Shown here in pieces: positions 37,401 to 43,056 of a DNA stretch of 43,056 bases. The notes beneath the pieces were generated by a model that saw only the letters and a list, made by a program, of their open reading frames with translations, made no database searches and was not told where the DNA came from. Made by a program: the position numbers and the translations under genes. Location of the stretch: NCBI GenBank assembly GCA_963663405.2, contig CAXXSM010000131.1, positions 1 through 43,056 of the forward strand, in the 5' to 3' direction. The stretch's first letter is position 1, and each line of letters begins with the position of its first letter. The DNA is from a bacterium. Its GTDB lineage: Bacteria > Hinthialibacterota > Hinthialibacteria > Hinthialibacterales > Hinthialibacteraceae.

Positions 37401-39557
37401 GCTGGCGCCAATGGTCTCTACACGTTCAATCCTGGTTACCTGGTTGCGACAGGAGATACGGCGGATGCGTCATTTGTACTCGATGTAGTCGTGATGGATG
37501 GATCAGACATTTCTCCTGACAATACTCAGATTCTTGTGAACGTCCAAGCGCAGGCGGCCATGCCAGAAGTTACGTTGCTTTCCTCAACGGTCGGCGGCCA
37601 GAATGTCGGCGCTTCTTTTGGTTCATCAGTGAATGTGCCTGAAGGATCAGAACTTCAGTTGGTTGTTCAAGGTACAGACGCTGGTATGGAAGATCTGGCC
37701 TTCTCAATTGGAACAGATCCAAGCGTGCCGGAAGTATCAATTGCTAATCAGAAAGCCGCTCCGGGTGTGACAACCGCTACAGTAAAATACACTCCGGGTC
37801 CGGATGACTCATCCTTAACGGATCTGATTACGTATGTGAGCCCAATCGATCCGTTCGAATTGCAACTCAACTTTGCGAACAGCGCTAAAGTTGGTACAGG
37901 AACACTCGTTATTGACATTATTAACGTGAGCCGTCCTCCGATTGTTACAGCATCTGCGAGCGTGAATGGCGGCGCGGCGGCGAATGTGCCGGAAGGCGCG
38001 ACAGTAACTGCCGATCCTGGTCAGACAGTCGTATTGAACTTCCTCGCTCGCGATCCAGATGGAGATGGTGTCCTCTTCCCGAACGCGGAAATGATTGCCG
38101 GCCCGGGTTGGACAACGACTGGATTGTCAGTAACGAACTTCCAGGCGAATTCTGTAGAAGGACAAATGACAGTATCGATTCCAGTAACCGCAGCGGTTGG
38201 AAATGAATCTGCGCATATCATATTCAATGCTACGGATACGAAACAGACGTCGACAAGCGCGTCGTTCTTCATCTCTGTGATTCCGACTTGCAACCCGGCT
38301 CCAATCGCGGAAGCGATTCTTGGTCAGGGTCTTGGTGGACAGCAAGGTCAGGTTGGCGCGCATGTTGTGAATATTCGTAACATGGATCCGGCTGTTGGCG
38401 ATCTAACAAAGATTCTACGATCCTACAGCGCTGCGCAAGGTTCCTTCCTCTATCATATTGGTGGTGGAACCGCTCGCGCTGTCTATCCGGTCGCTGGCGA
38501 TCTCAACATGGACGGAAGTCTCGATATCGTAACGACACTTGGTCCAATCATTGCTGATGCGACATACCCGAATATCGTTATTGTGCGTGACGCTGTAACG
38601 AGAGACGTTGTTTACCATACGTTCGAAGCGTTCCATGATTCTTCAACCGAACCGATCAACTATGCAGGCGGTGAATTGAGAACGGCTGTTGGTGATTTCA
38701 TCGGATCAGGGCGGAATCAGATTGCGATCGCGCAAGGTATTAAAGGTAATGGTAAAATCAGACTTTGGCAGCCGACGGGTAATCCTAAACCGAATGGATG
38801 GGAAGTCGTAGGTCAGTTTGATGGTCTATCAACCACTGCTCAAGTATCGAATGCAAGTGGTGGATTATCTCTAGCATCAGGCGATCTTGATAAAGATGGA
38901 CTTGATGAATTGATCGTCGCGCAGACAAACAGTAATAATAGCCAGACAATCTTCCACGTACTGGATATTACAGCGTCAGGAACAGTTGGCGCGCGTAAAG
39001 CCTACGCTGGATTTATACCACAATACCGTGGTAACGGTGGTCTTGAAATTGCCGTCGCTGACTTGGATGGTGATGGAAAACTGGAAATCGTCGCCGCCAG
39101 CGCTGGTAACTCCAGAGACTTTGGTGATGATCGTGATACAGTGCCTCTGAGTCTGGTCTGCGTTATCATTCCACAGGTTTCCGGCGGAGCGGTAACAGGC
39201 TTCAGCCGTGCGACAAGTGGTGTGATCAATGTATTACCTCAAGCGATCAACCCATCCGGCTCGGTAAGTATCGCCGGTGGTGAATTGAACGGTTGCGCGG
39301 ATGGCGATGAATTGCTTGTCGGTACTGGTTCATTGGTCAAAATCAATGGTGGTGGCTTCGATGTAAGTCCAGTGTTGCCTGCTCCAGAACCACGTTATCG
39401 TCCGATCAAGATCTCCTTTGATGGAACTACAGTAACTGGTTTAAGTTCCGTAGTTGGTCCGAACACTGGCTATATCGCGTTCGAAGAACAGTATGTGCCT
39501 ACAAGTGGCGCTACTTGGGTCGCTATTGGTGAGTGTGAAGGATGCCTCAGTGAATAA
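28437..39557 (+). CDS. Giant secreted surface protein (~3,706 aa): degenerate Ig-like repeats plus C-terminal FG-GAP/VCBS-like propeller
   Basis: aaaggag RBS before ATG 28437; signal peptide ending ADA|Q; recurring D-x-x-x-P and A-x-D-x-x-GN motifs; five GD-L-D-x-DG-type repeats at the C-terminus; uninterrupted 11-kb frame. Confidence 0.85.
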   Translation: MKKSITGYSMGRNFAFMFVLVASLFCLVGTADAQNNLNFRPLNIDYYINGAAGGHVTWASAILAASDSVNGQVYDKNRDGKLADTLSGQIFQHFAKNKNEIQLPSYSIKKPIIANAEENERLMLVAVIENVTPSIVQSIVNNNDAAAKAEIINKVTAQFSSQFFGFDKVDINWTDKGTGLNPNDVTGVGKNPGMLGLINPKNTGEAGVRANSSTTVIVIWSSASLVISSTDVEYSKLTLGATVGINKGATTDHNGKANYMGIEVGKYPSESGPRFKVGSTVSILDATDTVSRGFFGLGAPTTTPLDPSKAVSVSPAIPFQFRQEDIIHLRATVEPRQAYDGEPDEYFGGGGTDPFYFVNGYAPEGFPGDFSGFAKAVQLKRDSNKASYVNNATDANLRVTVTLEDGSGDVVVTNDADAKRLMAWTEQAPGNDVYLHVLGSISTNLITSGDHDLFTANFAISDDVVSQVTNSSVQGAVDVVGPLVSDVMMDAEGATSAPWVGNKVGNATDRFDEARVTMKILTRGERSDLYSRWLNITVQPEPELGFGNWFSAVVDKPNTFAATIGAVSEQASVPNVPASAGNVPGVSASMRIENTELVTYRSAFAVISVSDDARNPAFGWTQNVGGTQIIDGALHIRDAKIETDDSFKSVSTLTPLTYKTIGKAVLPIDNNAPTVDAAKFIVTGAPSGYWGNTPSTTFNLLKSSDEALNAPINQTQIGALGLPTALSASQRVLFVTRGVAARTGGNKQNGSPVRLVVQFKPSGADPTNDTDHIITTPMNPSQMTEYVRNNFVFSITNTLLGWKYPKTLPGSYANGWNLVDATIHTGGGGNIGWATLENTSGVLVDAFNNRANYDVENASLAILIGDRIINKTPITQPNHSNPIVLDVDKPVLGLNPNVPADMWGGNRQVAQTILLITDTKNKSFGQLSAEGINLDGGSALVLGQDGTVQGFNNGAALAKDAVLEVKAGYMIIVSASFRETASGVGSTENMNELGGKSAFPFILSNEGAPDWMDTTAGWNTLYGRRFKTVSADFTDFVSTASEVLPDVTTNRSVGRTAGDAITGDIIDATWFFLIEKSMTLNADLGAAAVRSVTFAARDLSGNVNRTGIPAATAVFTQPKVSIVHFDISSQSMGRNSLAVNQTAGYTLPTGGNAFSVGGATVNIVDTTTRLVVRVGNGASGGGPFVSSDFIGADFTAFDGPLFVAPDSVSFIPKQDENGTTVTASNATAGTVLYATWNTVGPFTGAGGDTAGAKSAKVVVKATGLTLGIGSAETTAIAVDKTKPGVLAGHIKEEDLSGNSTEFSGGDQPDDNIVRPRQTVSATARITMDAAEQLIAKVNIHFMQIQADASDFGKDSLLNPDEVRRDINPNTGNVADPSILWASWAFQIEPDVTDFFGAITVHARDDSGNTNSNQGSLVTIDTTNPFVTSLILSASGKINWVTDSIGLMSARRPETFDGTVGLTKLNKVYLKRGDNYITETNFYRVGTKIGDVTTQVDANNPRNATASVRAGDELLVQAAIEINDSIFSSLDTVTADFSQVSGAGYESVAPLSDTENAPKVVGTLYHATWRHYVSSAVAAAKLAIVTVNAQDPAGEVAEGAYYTVPVFVDNTKPTVTVNTTYYKNGKPVTGTVNPNNITNYQPGDATAVIEITAVWGDAEISPVGQWVDKANQPPYSTVNVSNTPGSVFYAVAAKKGAANGLSNPNDPAYVAGVRSMISLHGDDFLSAGPFLKSMTPDSWQLIGDGPLVTANAITGVASSASDIRESTNTTLVAKFGFQGAREGILIDPGTNDGDARFVASASDNVGNVGQDPNAAVIEVDGTAPQIVAGKNFSASLTVAPGQNSEVPPVAYLPQVIWSGKVIRPTRVSRGTILQAQFTVGDTPDKTDPIEVAIETQGFKGKNYIFTNPTTIASEWDIKNASKYFVVDPSAIGQEIVGVTVEFESDVENSKQADTTLPISNAILSASFDHALFAGHDGLFDNSLTAIDGLDGIIIDATDDIDNARVAQLSNGLEIDTQGPMVIDQALINSDNEDAMRSIKGVPGGDALNFRTGSWMVWCASVVIDGTEGMHFRNLSVDWEDQFELDVDRFVNDANGNNVVESGTKIISNNGKGYYGRTVIFVTSGIKIKSNATPSTERQLTVHAEDAFGNIMGTSGTPNGPVTTPWAGINARGPRAVEITMHVKRKGTDTFISQMQGASSLGIGKNGPDSASSAFEVGPGDAFIIDATVTTHEGEAPDRIDIDLSDLYPPGMDPLVDKVVPNYSELTGEGTIHSHWETIIYNVDRVAPYPPTQTNFGVGNPNPQANNYAGSSILGGSVVFMDQDILYNDFGIQDGNGNPLLYNSAADFCQISKATAYATASLQPAVNGGLAVGYDWREDRWLNATPQQQLNHLWGAPGIMVQPGAIAKRIAWVTVHVQDRESLFAMENTISTKFTVDSAKPQVSYEIPAGLIVHVSPPEYIFNFAGPGNIWAGRIGYPSAPNVAANIPNRVVGGDIITVVVDATNDMIDGLGNDNFRMLGDNTIFDIDNAAGLSVLAMTNDLSDYRPGLDPIWVRMGEDNTPHGISVHDDLATNGADLIKATFVVEIGYNAGTSVALSRKILETTPTLLDDIGSAPYDDEYRNWIKRQITPNLSVDNTPPSISGQLEVVIESGSAMRNGQILGAGDLVADGDQISPNTVLAITATITDQVDSPIDVMNSPNYGPATIRADGIEIPANFVELVTDYAELSGPDSVSVPFLVTIPSDDDAVSTDEFRFIIDATDTLGNYRSVLSIDKFSFDASPTIKILANGTPLVSKLVSVNVADTLVLRANAFDVGGITTVSWNVVPSTLDHLLISASYDTVTMSPPDPMVRNVPVPSQGIVPLDLNLTPSLSDSPIQQVVASAQATDVDGKTVDVSNIIIGINQPPLFAEQFAGTMTDSLGAETAFNLDAVSTGWNTAAGSEIREITISEGDSISVPIPATDVNGDALTMEATGTALTDANVLDATFIPAGANGLYTFNPGYLVATGDTADASFVLDVVVMDGSDISPDNTQILVNVQAQAAMPEVTLLSSTVGGQNVGASFGSSVNVPEGSELQLVVQGTDAGMEDLAFSIGTDPSVPEVSIANQKAAPGVTTATVKYTPGPDDSSLTDLITYVSPIDPFELQLNFANSAKVGTGTLVIDIINVSRPPIVTASASVNGGAAANVPEGATVTADPGQTVVLNFLARDPDGDGVLFPNAEMIAGPGWTTTGLSVTNFQANSVEGQMTVSIPVTAAVGNESAHIIFNATDTKQTSTSASFFISVIPTCNPAPIAEAILGQGLGGQQGQVGAHVVNIRNMDPAVGDLTKILRSYSAAQGSFLYHIGGGTARAVYPVAGDLNMDGSLDIVTTLGPIIADATYPNIVIVRDAVTRDVVYHTFEAFHDSSTEPINYAGGELRTAVGDFIGSGRNQIAIAQGIKGNGKIRLWQPTGNPKPNGWEVVGQFDGLSTTAQVSNASGGLSLASGDLDKDGLDELIVAQTNSNNSQTIFHVLDITASGTVGARKAYAGFIPQYRGNGGLEIAVADLDGDGKLEIVAASAGNSRDFGDDRDTVPLSLVCVIIPQVSGGAVTGFSRATSGVINVLPQAINPSGSVSIAGGELNGCADGDELLVGTGSLVKINGGGFDVSPVLPAPEPRYRPIKISFDGTTVTGLSSVVGPNTGYIAFEEQYVPTSGATWVAIGECEGCLSE

Positions 39558-39584
39558 AACCGAAGACAAATCGGTTAAGAGATT

Positions 39585-39618
39585 CGGGCGGGTTCATTTG
39601 AACCCGCCCGTTTTCTTT
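39585..39618 (+). terminator. Strong intrinsic terminator after the giant gene
   Basis: cgggcgggttca-tt-tgaacccgcccg perfect inverted repeat followed by ttttcttt. Confidence 0.88.
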
Positions 39619-39747
39619 GTTTAACTATAAAAAAATAAATAGACAAATAAGGAAATACGGTTACTTTTACGTTATTCAGGAATCGGAATACCGTTATAAT
39701 ATTTGTTTTGAAAAATATGTTAACCATTTGCTTATGGTGGAAATAGA

Positions 39748-42001
39748 ATGTTATTCGCGAAAATGAAAATGGAAAGTCACGTGTTCATGAATAGAAAGAT
39801 ATCTTCATATATTCTTTTATCATTTCTTATACTACTAGCTGGTTGTAGTGGACAAAACACATTTGAATCTGAAATATTGGAAGAGAATGATTTTTTATTA
39901 CTGCTGGAAGACGCTGAAATTATTTCGGAAAACGATCAATTTGTAGAACCCGCTTTACGTGAAATTGGGGGCGCTATGAATTGGGGAATCTTCCAGCATG
40001 CGCCGAGTAAAATTAACTTTCCAGCTCTATTCGTTGGAAAAGAAGCGTATTTAGATTTTTCGATCGGCACACTTCCAGATTCATGGGAACGTGAGGGTGA
40101 TGGAATACGGTTTAAAATCACCGCCATATTTCCGGATGGGAGTGAGGAGATACTTTATTCACGATATATTAATCCGAAGAAGAATAATGATGAAAGACAG
40201 TGGATTCAAGAGAGAATTCCCGCTCAGAATATTGAGAATAAAGAAGTGAGAATCGTTTTCGAAACAATGCCGGGGGAGAAGGAAACGGATACTGATAATA
40301 ATTCCGATTGGGGGATGTGGGGCGATCCAAAATTATCATCCATACAAAAAACCGTCGTGAAAAGGAGAAAATCGTCAAAACCGAATATTGTTTTTATCAC
40401 GGTGGACACATTACGGGCCGATTATCTTGGATGTTATGGCAATGAATGGATCGAAACACCAGCGATTGATTCTCTCGCGGATAATGGTATTGTGTTCGAT
40501 CGAGCATATTCGCCCAGTTCGACAACTATGCCTTCTCATGCGTCTCTGTTGACCTCTCTGCAAATCAATTCGCATGGCGCACTCAATAATGATTATTTCT
40601 TAGCGAAAAAAATTCCTCGCCTTCCACAAATCTTAAAAAGAAGAACAGGGATATAAGACGTATGGAGCAGTGAGTGTTATTTTCCTGTATGATGTACTAT
40701 CCGATTTGGGAAGAGGATTTGATGTATATGATCATTTAGGTTGGAAATGGCAGGAGAAACGGGCCGATTTCGGTTTGATGACACGATCGGCTCCAGTCAC
40801 AACAAGCGCCGCGATTCGTTTTGTTAAGCAGAATCATGATGATCATTTTTTCATGTGGCTGCATTACTACGATCCACACGCGCCCTACCGGGCGGTTGGT
40901 GAGTACCATAAATATTATTACGAAGGGGATCCAACCAGCCAGATCCATACGAGTTTGAATGATGCGAAATATTATAAAGCATGGGATGAAGAAAGCACTC
41001 GGTGGATCAAAAGGGTATCGGGATTTGGACTATTTCAAAAAGGAATACGGCGCGGAAATCACCTACACGGACGCGCAGATCCAAAGGCTGATCGATGTTT
41101 TAAAACACTATCATATCTTTGAGGATACAATCTTTGTGATTACGTCTGATCATGGAGAAAATTTTGGGGAGCATGAGATCTATTTCGATCATTGGACTCT
41201 ATATAATACGGATATCCACGTCCCGTTAATCATATCGTATCCAAAAAAACTCCCACGAGGGAAGAGGATAGAGACGGATGTGATGGGGATCGATATCGCG
41301 CCGACGATCTTGGAATTGGCTGGAGAAAGGAATAATGAGATCGCCCGTGATTTCTTTGAAGGCCGTTCGCTTTGTGATTTATGGCGGTCTCCGGGAAAAT
41401 GGGAGACGAGAATTCTCTCCTCCTCGGCGTTGCTTCTTACAGCCGCCGCCGCGTGGGATGAACGTTATAAACTGATCTGGGAATTGCGAAATAAACCCTA
41501 CCATGAGGATATTCGGTTGTATACGGATCGTGTAGCGATCTACGATCGCGAGAACGATCCAGAGGAAGAGAATCCTATAGGAGTCTTCTATTGGGGAGAC
41601 ACGGGAGCGAGAGAGGCGGATCCTTGGGATGAGGAAAAATCGGATCACACGATTGTTGAGAAAAAAGTGTTGAATACCGTTTTGGAACGAGCCAAGGAAC
41701 GCATCTCGAAAAAACAGGTTCCCAGCGCGGACGAATTGCGATCGTGGTTTTTAGAGAAGAATGGACGGATGTGATTCAAGAAGAGCTGATTGATGACAAA
41801 GACTTTTTTGAACGGATCGTTTCCTTAATGGAAGAACTGAAAGCGCAGGTAGCGCCGGCGCCATTAGAGGAACGGTTGGAAGCGTTGGAGCTGTACGGCG
41901 CTATGGATGAAGTGGATTTCGAAAGTCAGGCGAAAAACGATCCGGCGAACATTGAACGACTGCGGGCTTTGGGATATGTCGGTTCATCTGATGAGGAATA
42001 A
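39748..42001 (+). CDS. Sulfatase-like hydrolase/transferase lipoprotein, split by three apparent frameshifts (~750 aa if joined)
   Basis: Lipobox LLAGC. The motifs PNIVFITVDTLRADYLG.YG, TMPSHASLLT, GYKT, FFMWLHYYDPH.PY, Y..EI.Y.D, TSDHGE..GEH, HVPLII and ERLRALGYV are spread in order over four ORF pieces. The frame changes can be placed at A/T homopolymers. Confidence 0.82.
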
Positions 42002-42321
42002 TAAAAGGATTCCACTGAGTGAGTACTTTTTATTAACGATCTCAATCGACAGCGATCATTGAGAATATAGAAAATACAAGTTATTGCGCTATTCAAAAGT
42101 AGTTTGGAATAATGCAAATGCAGATGAAAAAAACTTGCGCCCGCGCCGGTGGGATTATTGGAAGGTTTGATCGATTAAGCGAGGGCAGAAAAAAGCCTTG
42201 CCAAGGGCGCCCGCGAATAAGGAGCGGTTGCGGGCATTAGGTTATTTATAGAAGAAAAGATATTTTGCGTTTCACCAAGAAGGTTTCTCTATATTTTAAT
42301 CATGAATCTGGAAATATAATC

Positions 42322-42368
42322 AGCCTAAATCAGTAAAAACAATGCGGACGGTTTAATTGATTTAGGCT
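42322..42368. repeat. Intergenic inverted repeat
   Basis: agcctaaatca (42322-42332) and tgatttaggct (42358-42368) form a perfect 11-bp IR, extendable inward to 15/17. Confidence 0.55.
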
Positions 42369-42570
42369 ATATTTACTATAAAATCCGAATTGGAATGTTG
42401 TCAATAAAAATGAATGGTGTGTGTTGAGGGTATTTCATCATGTTGGCGTCTTCACTTAAATCCCTCGATTAGAATATGAGCAAGTAATATAGAAAAAAGC
42501 CGATGTTGATTTGAACCATTCCAGCGTTTATCGAATTTAAGAACGCAGGCCTGAAAGAGCATACACGGAT

Positions 42571-43056
42571 ATGAAAGTGTTATCGATATGTGGAGGGGCG
42601 AGGGGCCTTCTCTGTTTACTCATCCTGTTTTTCCCGGCTGTTATCTCTGCTCAAGACGATCATCCTTCGCAGTATTCATTTGAAGGTTTTGGTATTTTTT
42701 CGTTAGGAGCCGGTAGCCCCCCCGGAATTTTACTCTTTCCGTTCCGGATGACGTCATCATCGCAGAGGTGAATGTTGGCATCCAAATCGAACATTCTTAC
42801 CCAGAAGATTTAGTCGTCAGTTTACGTGATCCCAATCATGTCGTGGAATTGATTCTCCATGATGGGGGAAGTGACCTAGGCAGTTTAGGAAGTGTTCCCG
42901 GATACGGGATTTGGGCGAGTTATGATGTCGATACCGATCCGGCGAGTGGAAATCTGCGCCAATTCGCTGGACTGAAATCGCAGGGTGATTGGACGCTGAT
43001 CGTTACGGATACAAAAGGAAGGGCGCAGGGAACGCTTGTCAACTGGTTTATCGAGA
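42571..43056 (+). CDS. Secreted proprotein-convertase P-domain protein, frameshifted and truncated by window end
   Basis: Signal peptide ending ISA|Q. After the C7 run (42717-42723) another frame reads RNFTLSVPDDVIIAEVNVGIQIEHSYPEDLVVSL...FAGLKSQGDWTLIVTD...GTLVNW, a P-domain pattern. Confidence 0.75.

Noticed and set aside
40670-42001. Three separate genes after the first sulfatase-like ORF
   Set aside because: They carry consecutive motifs of a single sulfatase-fold protein, so they were treated as one frameshifted gene.
1-43056. CRISPR arrays, tRNA/rRNA genes, transposases, integrases, prophage genes, reverse transcriptase
   Set aside because: No regularly spaced repeats, cloverleaf/rRNA signatures or relevant protein motifs were seen by eye.

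Overview
Bacterial chromosomal window. Coding DNA is moderately GC-rich and intergenic DNA is AT-rich. The gene style (AFTLIE pilin-like gene, secreted protein ending in an S-I-x-D-W-x-x-Y tail, FG-GAP-capped giant protein) suggests an uncultured lineage such as Ca. Hinthialibacterota/Sumerlaeota, but this is inference only. Contents from left to right: a partial PTS EIIA gene; a tandem CBM-like secreted protein; a TctCBA transporter led by an RraA/HMG-aldolase-like gene with a lipoprotein signal; a GspG/pilin-like gene; a GT-C membrane protein; yebC-ruvC-ruvA without adjacent ruvB; a heparinase II/III-like protein; purB. Then an accessory patch (orphan ParD-like antitoxin with a 10-codon toxin stub, SMI1/KNR4, DUF4272, alpha/beta hydrolase); DUF4912; Fic; a solute-binding-like protein; an NtrC-type regulator with a sensorless histidine kinase; a UroD/MtaA-family protein; a Tat-exported Gfo/Idh/MocA oxidoreductase. 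Finally a ~3,700-aa secreted multi-repeat surface protein, followed by frameshifted sulfatase-like and P-domain genes. The most notable items are: the giant surface protein with a sigma54-type promoter nearly identical to one in front of DUF4912, with a sigma54 activator between them; the lipoprotein aldolase plus TTT transporter unit; and several small intergenic inverted-repeat families, including a two-copy AAAATGAGTT..AACTCATTTT element. No rRNA, tRNA, CRISPR array, transposase or integrase was recognised. All family calls come from motif recognition by eye; no searches were run.
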